In this document: positions 52,690-63,467 of the stretch, piece after piece
Layout: each line of letters starts with the position of its first letter
Numbering within the stretch: the stretch's first letter is position 1
NCBI GenBank assembly: GCA_051530055.1
Contig: CM121341.1
Span: 13,246,784 to 13,310,783, forward strand
Direction: 5' to 3'
DNA length: 64,000 nucleotides
DNA from: Neoechinorhynchus agilis
Taxonomy: Eukaryota > Animalia > Acanthocephala
Notes under the pieces: model-generated
What the model was told of the DNA's origin: nothing
Databases searched by the model: none
Seen by the model: only the letters and a program-made list of their open reading frames with translations
Translations under genes and position numbers: made by a program

Positions 52690-54250
52690 TATAGCTTTCT
52701 CTCACACTACAGAGGTCGCTTTGCCAGCTTGTCCTCAAAAATCAAACTTCATCCGATCGTCTTAGGTCCTCCATCGCACTATCTTTCCATCTTTTTTCGG
52801 CCTTCCCCGTTTCATCTTCCCCTTGACCTCAGTGCGTCCGGCGCTCTTTATGCAATCGTCTTCTGCTCGTTAATCGACATGATGGAACCATCGCATTCTT
52901 CTTTTGGCTATCACTTCCTGCACCGGCTCGACGTCGAACATTTTTCTAATCTCGGCATTGGGCTTTTTATCTCTGCGTGTTACTCTAGCTGACCATCTCA
53001 GCATCTTCATTTCATTTACAATCAATCTCTGTACGTCCTCCTATTTTGTAGCCCAAATCTCCGCTGCGTATACCATTACATGTCGTACCACTGCTTTGTA
53101 CACGCGCCCTTTGAGCTTGTTCAGGAGACGTATATCGCACAGGATGCCCGTTACTCTTTTTCAGTTATTCCACCGACATTGTACCCTCTGCCCAATTTCA
53201 GGTGCAAGTTCACAGGGCACGTTAACTCCCTGCATGCCTACTTCGCTTGGTCCCATATCGTTTTGCTCCTGCTAATTTTCAGGCCGTTGCTTTCTAAGCA
53301 CTGTCGCCAACTCTCCAACATTTTCTCGAGTGTCACCGAGTCCCTTGCCGTGAGCAGCAGATCATCTGCAAATAATATCGTCCAGGGCGCGTTCATCTCT
53401 GTATTTCCTAGGGCATCGATGACTGTCGCGAACAAGAATGGGCTAAGCACTGAACCTTGATGTAGACCAATGGACACCTGAAAATAATCTGTCCTTCCTT
53501 TTTGACATCGCACGCTGGTGTAACACTTTTCATACATCGTTTTGATCGTGATCACATAATGCTCTGGACAGTTTCTCTTGCCCAAGCAGGCCCAAATCAA
53601 GTCTCGGAACACGGTGTCATATGCTTTCTCCTGGTCGATGAAGACACTATGCAACGAACGATGCTTCTCATTAAATTTTTCATACAGCTGTCTTAGCACG
53701 AAGATCACGTCGATTGTGCTTCTACCTGGCATAAAGCCGCGTTGGTATTCACTGATTTGGATATCCTCCCTAATCCTATTGTCAACCATCCGCTCCCACA
53801 ATTTCATTGTGTGGGACATCAGCTTGATGCCACGCTAATTGCTACACTGCAAAATATTTCCTTTACCCTTAAAAATCGGCACAAGTATGCTTCTTTGCCA
53901 TGCTGACGGAATCGTTTGCTTTGCATCTGTCTTTCGAAAAAGTTTAGTAAGCAGTTTGACTTCGAATGCGTCCAAACATTTCCATAACTCAATCGGGATG
54001 TTATCTGGACCGGTACTCTTTCTTACCAATCTTCATCTTTCTGATCTTCGATGCGACGTCATTGCAAGAATACGGTCTAGCCATATTGATATTCAGCTGT
54101 GCTTGTTAAATAGGCAATCTTTCATTCTCTGTGTTCAGGCGGGATCTGAAGTACTCCTTCCATCTGTTCAAAATATCGTTGTTTTGATCGAGCATACTAC
54201 CCTCACTGTCGTTGATCATTTTGTGCCGTACGATGTCCCTTGACCTCATC
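52690..54250 (-). mobile_element. 5'-truncated, disrupted RTE-clade LINE; boundaries approximate
   Basis: LNRWKEYF, KSTGPDNIP, SHTMKLWERMV, GFMPGRST, FIDQEKAYDTV, LHQGSVLSP, FADD, GKMKRGRPKK; frameshifts and stops. Confidence 0.92.
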
Positions 54251-55899
54251 CAACAGTTTTACACCCTCAGCGTTTGTGTCCACCATGGATTCGCTCGTAT
54301 CACTCTCTCGGATTTAAACTCGACCGGAGGCCAGCGGCTTCGCATTTGATGCTAAGTGTAAATTAAATCAATAAAAATATTGTATTATTTTAAAGAAACT
54401 TGCGACAATTCGATTAATGAAAGTTGTCCTTCTTGGTACTCTGAGTTTTTGTGGTGACTAAGTTAGCCCATGGACTTCGCACTATTGAACATCATCACAG
54501 TTTGTTTAAAATCTGCGGATTTCACTGATTTTTAAGGTACGAAGAGATCATTTTCTACGACATGATTTTATTAAGATTTTTATGACAGCTATCGGAATTA
54601 AAAGCACGAAGTTACGTGAGCCAATTGGATGTTTCCTGATCAAGTAATTCAATAAAATAACCAATATTTATTTGTGTATTGAGTTCTGAAAACAATGCGA
54701 TGCTGATGGTTTCTGGTGGGATGCTGTGCTAGTTTGATTAATGATGACTCAGTAGAAACCTCAAATATTTAAATGTCATTTTACGACACAACGAAAACAA
54801 AGGGTTTCTTAAATAATGAAGATTAGCAAAAGTTACGATGATGCGACCTTCTACACGAACATCCATGATTCCTTTGGTTCATTGAAGGAATAATCCGTGT
54901 AATTTTATCAGCTCGTCCAGTGCATCGATTGATGTGTGAAATAACCAACGATGAAAAGTTGTTCACTTATTTGAGAATGAAAGCCGTTTTTAGTTTCTGC
55001 GGAATTAATTAAAGCAGTCTTATTGCGCAGTTTAATTTCTCACAGAAATCGTTTTTGTTCATTCGCAACATCTACTAAAAATTATTATTCCGTACAGACT
55101 AGATATCGACAACAAAAACGCTTTTATTGGCTACAATCGAATTGCATAAGAACTTTTATTGAGATGCGGTGATTATAATCCCGGATAGCGCGATAGCGAC
55201 AGCCGAGGAAGGAGAGAAGCTCCAATTTTGCGGACGGTGGTGATTGCACGTTTTGTACTTAATTATTCTAAGACTTTTTAAATCAAAGTAAAAAAGCGAA
55301 AAAATATCTTTTATTGAATTGAAAGATTTCGCGAGGAAGCCTCACTTTATCAGTCATTGTTTGCAAGTTTTCCAAAAGTGTAGCGAAATATCTCTCAATT
55401 CAATAAAATATTTATATCCGGGATTTTTACGATTACATCTCCAATTCTAGTATCTTGAATGATTTTCTAATGATTAAAACCCTTTATCTTGGCTCTATGG
55501 AAAAAATTCGGTTGCTGACTAAAGTTTTTGAATTTTGTTTGCTTGAATCTCGAAGTCAAAACATATTTGCTGTCGTCTTAATGTTGTAGCATTCGTTTGT
55601 TGAAAGTTTGATGTGCATTGCAAGGACTTGCTCAATCCGTCACCTCGATTTACTCATTAAAAGCGCAATGGATAGATATTTAGGGTTGGTTTTGTGATCG
55701 TAGAATAAAAATGCGCGACGGAAATCAGTTATTTACGATAAAACAATTTGAAGGGCGGTGACCTATTTAACGGAAAAACTTCTGATTTGCAGCACAAATA
55801 AAATCTTGAATGGTTTCATAATTGAACTCTAATCTGTTTTTATAATTTTGCCGCCATGCAACTGATTCCATTACTTTATACGCTTGCAGATACAAGAAA

Positions 55900-57099
55900 A
55901 TGCTAAGACTGGCATTTACTCACATTTCTCGTATTCTTCGCGTGTCGACAACGCCTCTGAATATGCGATCTTTCAGTCCTATGTCTCCGTCTCGACTCTT
56001 CTCGTATCATCATATGCCGCCAGAACTAGCCGCTGGACCAAAATCAAATCGAATAGTCCGAGCTTTGGCTGCTCTTCGTCCAGCTGAGCCACTAAAGCCG
56101 GTAAATATCTATCGACGAGATCCCGATGAAGATGATGTCGTTATCGAGATCGATTACTGCGGGATTTGCCATAGCGATATCCACAATGCCAGAAATGAAT
56201 GGAATACTACACAATTTCCAGTTGTTCCGGGACACGAGATCGTCGGTCGGGTAATCGAACGTGGCAGCAATGTCTCCGATTTCGCAATTGGCGATAAGGT
56301 AGCCGTTGGAACCTACGTCGATACCTGCCGAGAGTGCCGAATGTGCAAAGCAGGGAGCGAGGAATACTGCGATAAACCCGGCGGGCTCATTATGACTTAC
56401 AACAGTCCATATTGGAAAGATGCTGAAGTTCCTACCTTGGGCGGATATAGCAGGCAGATAGTCGTGGATAAAAATTACATATTTCATTTACCGGAAAATC
56501 TTCCACCTGAACGAGCCGCTCCTCTGCTTTGTGCCGGAATCACCGTTTTCATGCCTCTGAAGCGTTACAATGTTCGTGAAGGTTCCGAAGTCGCTGTAGC
56601 GGGTCTCGGAGGCCTCGGTCACATGGCGTTAAAACTTTCGGTAGCCATGGGTGCTCGATGTACGGTTTTAAGTCGGACTGATAAGAAAAAGGAGATGGCA
56701 ACGAAGATGGGCGCTCATGATTACGTGATTACTACCGATAAATCAAAACTGTTATCCTACCAAAGAAGATACGATGTTATTATTGATGCCATTAGTGCGT
56801 ACCATGACGTTAATGAACTACTTGGTCTTTTAAATGTAGGCGGAAATTTAGTGTTAGTTGGATTGCCTCCTGAGCAGTTGAAGTTTACGGCTAGATCCGT
56901 AATTCGAACTAAGTGTTCCATAACTGGATCCGCAATTGGGTCTCGCAAAGAAACGAAGGAAATGCTTGAGCTTTGTTCAAAGCATGGAATCACCTGCGAA
57001 GTAGAGGTTATAAGACCCGATCAAGTAAATGAAGCTTATGATCGAGCATTGAAAGGCGATGTTCAATTTAGATTCGTGATGGATATGAGCAAGCTTTGA
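55900..57099 (+). CDS. Intronless NADP(H)-dependent Zn alcohol dehydrogenase (CAD/YahK/AdhC-type), copy 2, with mitochondrial-type presequence
   Basis: CGICHSDIH, GHE, Cx2Cx2Cx7C, APLLCAGIT, GLGGLGH; N-terminus MLRLAFTHISRILRVS..SRLFS is Arg/Ser-rich with no acidic residues. Confidence 0.95.
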   Translation: MLRLAFTHISRILRVSTTPLNMRSFSPMSPSRLFSYHHMPPELAAGPKSNRIVRALAALRPAEPLKPVNIYRRDPDEDDVVIEIDYCGICHSDIHNARNEWNTTQFPVVPGHEIVGRVIERGSNVSDFAIGDKVAVGTYVDTCRECRMCKAGSEEYCDKPGGLIMTYNSPYWKDAEVPTLGGYSRQIVVDKNYIFHLPENLPPERAAPLLCAGITVFMPLKRYNVREGSEVAVAGLGGLGHMALKLSVAMGARCTVLSRTDKKKEMATKMGAHDYVITTDKSKLLSYQRRYDVIIDAISAYHDVNELLGLLNVGGNLVLVGLPPEQLKFTARSVIRTKCSITGSAIGSRKETKEMLELCSKHGITCEVEVIRPDQVNEAYDRALKGDVQFRFVMDMSKL

Positions 57100-57791
57100 T
57101 GTCTTCATGCTTGGCAGAAAATTATCACTTCTAAATAAATCATCAATTAGCATTTTTTTAGTGATGGGATCCAGGATTTTCTTAAAAAGCGAGAATGTTT
57201 GAGATTCAATTCGCTAATATACTCTTCGCTGAGCTTTATGATCAACGCCCCGGATAAATAGTAAGGAAGTAATAGGAATTTATTAGTTGCGCAAGCAAAA
57301 TATCAAAAACGTAATCTTTGATACGAAGAACCGTGATTATCGTTGTTGAGTGAAGAATTTATTTTTTTTCGAAGTTTGATTTGAGAACTTTATATAGTAA
57401 ATTTTAAGCGCAGTGAATACTACTTGAGTTGTAGACTTTAGCTCACGAACATCTCCAAACACCAGTCCGCAATTTAGGATTAATTCTGGCTACAGCAGCG
57501 GAGCAAAAGTGATTTCTAAAATATAGATAGTTACAGATTTCAACTTTGTTCCCCTTTGACCGGAGACTTTATGGGCCCTAGGAGAATCGGCGCTGAAAAC
57601 GATGGACGAGAGATGGACTCTAACGCATGAGCTTTTGTTTGCCAGACTATTAACACCGTAATCCAGCGAGCAAGTACCGCCAGCGTAAAGGGATGGCAGC
57701 GTTATGTTTATGTGAAAAATATACAAAAAATTAACTAAGGCGACATTTTTGTCTAATTTGAACAAATTCATTTTACGAATATTACATTAAT

Positions 57792-58990
57792 ATTTGTTGA
57801 TAGGAGAGATAAATGAAATTAATATTTTATTGGATATTTCGATCCACTATCTCGGGCAGCCCGTTAGCTCCTGTGCTTGCTGAGCTGCATATACGGCACT
57901 GGGAGGACGAACATTTGTCGTCGATACAGGGTGTGAATATCTGATTCAGATATGTGGACGACACGTTCTTGTTGATTAACCCTTCAGAGACTAATATGGA
58001 TCGCCTTAAACATGAACTGAATGGAAGGGACGACAATATTCAGTGGACGATCGAGGAGGAGGACCATGGTAAGTTTCCGTTCCTGGATGTGTGGATATAC
58101 CGATTAGCCAGTGGAAACTACACGACCAGCGTGTACCGAAAGAGAGGTATACCAGTGGGCCTTGTGCCATGGACATCTGCCCAACCTCGCAAATACAAAA
58201 TTTCGAGGATTAGGTCACTCATCCATCGTGCTCTTACACATTGTAGCAACGCTAAGTTGTGTAACGAGGAGATTGATTACCTGAAGTGCATATCAGGTCG
58301 ATATGGTTATCCTCTCCATCTTGTCGAACGGTGCATTCGGAATGTGCGTCACACCTTCAATGGGGAGACAAAGTCTAAAAAGGAAGAGATCTATGTTGAA
58401 CTGCCATTCCCTGATGATCATTCTTATCTTGCTATGGAGCGCATCATAAAATCAGGATGTGAGGCCAAGATAGTAAATGTATACACAAAGAGGGGACGCA
58501 CTCTACACGGATTGATATGTCCTAAGAATGGCCAACAGTCATCTGGTGCGGTCTACAAAATTCCGTGTTCCGGTTGCGAACAGGTCTATGTGGGGCAGAC
58601 CAACAATTTCACCCGACGGATGAAGGAGCACGAATCATCAGTTGTTCGCAACACGGATATTAGTTCCGCAGTGGTGGCCCGTGCAAAAAACACAGGGCAC
58701 ACTGTTGATTTTAGTGCCGCTACAACACTAGTTTGCAATGGTCGGCGTTTCGAACGTATTATCATCGAATCCTTATATATAAATAGGTTCTAAACGTTCG
58801 AGGGCAATAAACCTGATTTCAAATTAAGGATGCGACTCCCACCGGATGTTATGTGACGCGTGAATTGAGAATCCCTGTGTATGTGTTTTAGATTGCTGAA
58901 GAAGATCCGAGATAGTGGATCGAAATATCCAATAAAATCTTAATTTCATTTATTTTCTCCTATCAACAAATAACAATGAATTATCTTTTC
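57792..58990 (+). mobile_element. 5'-truncated Penelope-like element with inverted pseudo-LTR and 14-bp TSD
   Basis: RT GSPLAP..(TGA)FRYVDD, FPFLDV, YRK; GIY-YIG GAVYKIPCSGCEQVYVGQT. 57792-57855 is the reverse complement of 58907-58971; AATATTACATTAAT at 57778-57791 and 58991-59004. Confidence 0.93.
58892..58933 (+). ncRNA. Minimal type I hammerhead ribozyme in the PLE 3' pseudo-LTR
   Basis: ATTG-CTGAAGA-A-GATCC(GAGATAGT)GGATC-GAAA-T-ATC^-CAAT: stem I ATTG/CAAT, 5-bp stem II, loopless palindromic stem III ATAT, predicted cut after 58929. Confidence 0.85.
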
Positions 58991-59887
58991 AATATTACAT
59001 TAATTTTATACCTGCTTAAAAGTGTAGTATCTCAAACCTTAAAAGCTTTCCCTGAATTTAGAAGCATTTCGCCTTTTCGCATAGACACGATGTACTTTTT
59101 CGTATGAGATCTCCAAATTTGTACCACCGTGGAAGCGCTCGCACTGAAATTCTGCACGACCATCCGTGGATAATGAAAAAGGGCACCATCGCAATTTTAA
59201 TGGTATTGCATTCCTTCGAATATGGTTCGCTTAGTTCGAAACTTCATCTACAAATGTTGCATAGGTTAGTGGATATTACTGCACTTACGTCTATGTCGCT
59301 TTTCTAACAATAGATCGCAATTTTGAGAAAAATAACATTATGTGGATGTGATATATAATGCTAGATTTAGTCAATCATGTTGTGAACTGCAGGATTACTC
59401 AATCTGTATAAAAAATCTCAATTTGGTAGGCATCACATTGCCGACAGTTAATTATGAAGATCTTTATAATAATATAATAATAACACGTTTATTCTTTTTC
59501 CCCCTTTAATTTTGTTTGACAATCGGCGCACTGATTTATTCGTCTTTTGTTTTTCCAAGTTATCGCCGCTTAACGGCCTCTTCAGGGATCTACAAATTTT
59601 GAAGTGGAGAAGTGAGAATCATAGCAGTGACATAGCGGATAACTCGTCCCGTATAAATGCTGGAATTACCTTGTTCTTAAGACATCTCTTAAGGAATGGG
59701 ATTCGCTGCTCTCGACTCTTCAAACTTTCCAACATCGCCATGTAGTTTATTACAGCGGTGAGTATCGGTTTGTCCAAACGATTGTTGACAATCCTATGGA
59801 TCACCGCGTGATTATTCAGGCGCATTGTTTAATCTTTTAATCCACTTTAATTTTGTTTGACAATCGGCGAACTGATTTATCAGTCTT

Positions 59888-59936
59888 TTGTTTTCCCAAG
59901 CTTTCGCCGTTTAACGGCCTCTTCAGGGATCTACAA
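59888..59936 (-). ncRNA. Type I hammerhead ribozyme, intact core (array unit, minus arm)
   Basis: TTGT-AGA-TCC-CTGAAGA-G-GCCGT(TAA)ACGGC-GAAA-G-CTT^-GGG-AAA-ACAA on the minus strand. Confidence 0.8.
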
Positions 59937-62403
59937 TGGTGAAGTAGAGAAGTGAGAATCATAACAGTGACATAGCGGATAACTCGTCCCGTATAAATGC
60001 TGGAACTACCTTGTTCTTAAGACATCTCTTAAGGAATGGGATTCGCTGCTCTCGACTCTTCAAACTTTCCAGCATCGCCATGTAGTTTATTACAGCGGTG
60101 AGTATCGGTTTGTCCAACCGCGTGTTGATAATCCTATGGATCTCCGCTTGATTATCCAGACGCATTGTTTAATCTTTTCCCCTTTAATTTTGTTTCACAA
60201 TCGGCGCACTGATTAATTAGTCTTTTGTTTTTAAAAGCTTTTGCCGTTCAACGGATTCTTCAGCGATCTACAATGGTGAATTGGAGAAGTGAGAATCATA
60301 ACAGTGACATAGCGGATCGCCCGTCCCGTATAAATGCTGGAATTACCTTGTTCTTAAGACATCTCTTAAGGAATAGGATTCGCTGCTCTCGACTCTTCAA
60401 CCTTTCGAACATCGCCATGTAGTTTATTACAGCGGTGAGTATCGGTTTGTCCAAACGATTGTTGACAATCCTATGGATCACCGCGTGATTATTCAGGCGC
60501 ATTGTTTAATCTTTTAATCCACTTTAATTTTGTTTGACAATCGGCGAACTGATTTATCAGTCTTTTGTTTTTCCAAGCTTTCGACGTTTAACGGCCTCTT
60601 CAGGGATCTACAAATTTTGAAGTGAAGTGAGAATCATAGCAGTGACATAGCGGATAACTCGTCCCGTATAAATGCTGGAATTACCTTGTTCTTAAGACAT
60701 CTCTTAAGGAATGGGATTCGCTGCTCTCGACGCTTCAAACTTTCCAACATCGCCATGTAGTTTATTACAGCGGTGAGTATCGGTTTGTCTAACCACATGT
60801 TGATAATCCAATGGATCACCGCTTGATTATTCAGGCGCATTGTTTAATCTTTTTTCCCCTTTAATTTTGTTTGACAATCGGTGAACTGATTTATCAGTCT
60901 TTTGTTTTTCCAAGCGTTCGCCGTTTAACGGCCTCTTCAGGGATCTACAATGGCGAAGTGGAGAAGTGAGAATTATAACAGTGACATAGCCGATAGCTCG
61001 TCCCGTATAAATGCTGGAATAACCTTGATCTTAAGACATCTCTTAAGGAATAGGATTCGCTGCTCTCGACTCTTCAAACTTTCCAACATCGCTATGTAGT
61101 TTATTACAGCGGTGAGTATCGGTTTGTCCAATCACATGTTAATAATCCAATGGATTACCGGTTGATTATTCAGGCGCATTGTTTAATCTTTGCCCCCTTA
61201 AATTTTGTTTGACAATTTGCGCACTTATTTATTAGTCTTTTGTTTTTCAAAGCTTTCGCCGTTTAACGGCGTCTTCAGGGATCTACAATGGTGAAGTGGA
61301 GAAGTGAGAATCATAACAGTGACATAGCGGATAGCTCGTCCCGTATAAATGCTGGAACTACCTTGTTCTTAAGACATCTCTTAAGGAATAGGATTCGCTG
61401 CTCTCGACTCTTCAACCTTTCCAATATCGCCATCTAGTTTATTACAGCGGTGAGTATCAGTTTGTCTAACCACATGTTGATAACACTATGGATCACCGCT
61501 TGATTATTCAGGCGCATTGTTTAATCTTTTTTTTCTCCTTTAATTTTGTTTGACAATTTGCGCACTGATTTATTAGTCTTTTGTTTTTTCCAAGCTTTCG
61601 CCGTTTAACGGCCGAAGAGTCGAGAGCAGCGAATCCTATTCCTTAAGAGATGTCTTAAGAACTAGGTAGTTCCAGCATTTATACGGGACGAGCTATCCGC
61701 TATGTCACTGTTATGATTCTCACTTCTCCAATTCACCATTGTAGATCCCTGAAGACGCCGTTAAACGGCGAAAGCTTTGAAAAACAAAAGACTAATAAAT
61801 AAGTGCGCAAATTGTCAAACAAAATTTAAGGGGGCAAAGATTAAACAATGCGCCTGAATAATCAACCGGTGATCCATTGGATTATTAACATGTGATTGGA
61901 CAAACCGATACTAACCGCTGTAATAAACTACATAGCGATGTTGGAAAGTTTGAAGAGTCGAGAGCAGCGAATCCCATTCCTTAAGAGATGTCTTAAGAAC
62001 AAGGTAATTCCAGCATTTATACGGGACGAGCTATCCGCTATGTTACTGTTATGATTCTCACTTCACCATTGTAGATCCCTGAAGACGCCGTTAAACGGCG
62101 AAAGTTTTGAAAAACAAAAGACTTATAAATAAGTGCGCAAATTGTCAAACAAAATTTAAGGGGGCAAAGATTAAACAATGCGCGATAATCAACCGGTGAT
62201 CCATTGGATTATTAACATGTGGTTGGACAAACCGATACTCACCGCTGTAATAAACTACATAGCGATGTTGGAAAGTTTGAAGAGTCGAGAGCAGCGAATC
62301 CTATTCCTTAAGAGATGTCTTAAGAATAAGGTAATTCCAGCATTTATACGGGACGAGCTATCCGCAATGTCACTGTTATGATTGTCACTTCTCCACTTCA
62401 CCA

Positions 62404-62452
62404 TTGTAGATCCCTGAAGAGGCCGTTAAACGGCGAAAGCTTGGAAAAACAA
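62404..62452 (+). ncRNA. Type I hammerhead ribozyme, intact core (array unit)
   Basis: TTGT-AGA-TCC-CTGAAGA-G-GCCGT(TAA)ACGGC-GAAA-G-CTT^-GGA-AAA-ACAA; predicted cut after 62442. Confidence 0.82.
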
Positions 62453-62512
62453 AAGACTTATAAATAAGTGCGCAAATTGTCAAACAAAATTTAAGGGGAC
62501 AAAGATTAAACA

Positions 62513-62719
62513 ATGCGCCTGAATAATCAACCGGTGATCCATTGGATTATTAACATGTGGTTGGACAAACCGATACTCACCGCTGTAATAAACTACATAG
62601 CGATGTTGGAAAGTTTGAAGAGTCGAGAGCAGCGAATCCTATTCCTTAAGAGATGTCTTAAGAATAAGGTAATTCCAGCATTTATACGGGACGAGCTATC
62701 CGCAATGTCACTGTTATGA
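62513..62719 (+). CDS. Representative 68-aa micro-ORF of the 338-bp unit (resembles a PLE ORF N-terminus)
   Basis: Real ATG; nine long open copies in the array. FLKRCLKNKVIPAF recalls the FLxRCxxxxxIP motif near PLE ORF starts (from memory). Translation unproven. Confidence 0.4.
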   Translation: MRLNNQPVIHWIINMWLDKPILTAVINYIAMLESLKSREQRILFLKRCLKNKVIPAFIRDELSAMSLL

Positions 62720-62741
62720 TTGTCACTTCTCCACTTCACCA

Positions 62742-62790
62742 TTGTAGATCCCTGAAGAGGCCGTTAAACGGCGAAAGCTTGGAAAAACAA
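62742..62790 (+). ncRNA. Type I hammerhead ribozyme, intact core (array unit)
   Basis: Identical to the 62404 copy; predicted cut after 62780, exactly 338 nt downstream of the previous cut. Confidence 0.82.
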
Positions 62791-63418
62791 AAGACTGACA
62801 AATCACTTCACCGATTGTCAAACAAAATTAAAGGGGAAAAAAGATTAAACAATGCGCCTGAATAGTCAAGCGGTGATCCATTGGATTGTCAACAATCGTT
62901 TGGACAAACCGATACTCACCGCTGTAATAAACTACATGGCGATGTTCGAAAGGTTGAAGAGTCGAGAGCAGCGAATCCTATTCCTTAAGAGATGTCTTAA
63001 GAACAAGGTAATTCCAGCATTTATACGGGCGGGCGATCCGCTATGTATCTGTTATGATTCTCACTTCTCCAATTCACCATTGTAGATCGCTGAAGAATCC
63101 GTTGAACGGCAAAAGCTTGGAAAAACAAAAGACTAATTAATCAGTGCGCCGATTGTCAAACAAAATTAAAGGGGGAAAAAGATTAAACAATGCGTCTGGA
63201 TAATCAAGCGGAGATCCATAGGATTATCAACACGCGGTTGGACAAACCGATACTCACCGCGGTAATAAACTACATGGCGATGTTGGAAAGTTTGAAGAGT
63301 CGAGAGCGACGAATCCCATTCCTTAAGAGATGTCTTAAGAACAAGGTAGTTCCAGCATTTATACGGGACGAGTTATCCGCTATGTCACTGTTATGATTTT
63401 CACTTCTCTACTTCACCA

Positions 63419-63467
63419 TTGTAGATCCCTGAAGAGGCCGTTAAACGGCGAAAGCTTGGAAAAACAA
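63419..63467 (+). ncRNA. Type I hammerhead ribozyme, intact core (array unit)
   Basis: Same motif, C3 at 63429. Confidence 0.8.

Noticed and set aside
21605-56993. Antisense ORFs over the lectin, DNAJA, ADH, LINE and RTE regions
   Set aside because: Shadow frames of real coding sequence.
44123-57099. Bacterial contamination as the source of the ADH genes
   Set aside because: They are contiguous with animal genes, LINEs and satellites, carry eukaryotic-type presequences, and lack operon neighbours.
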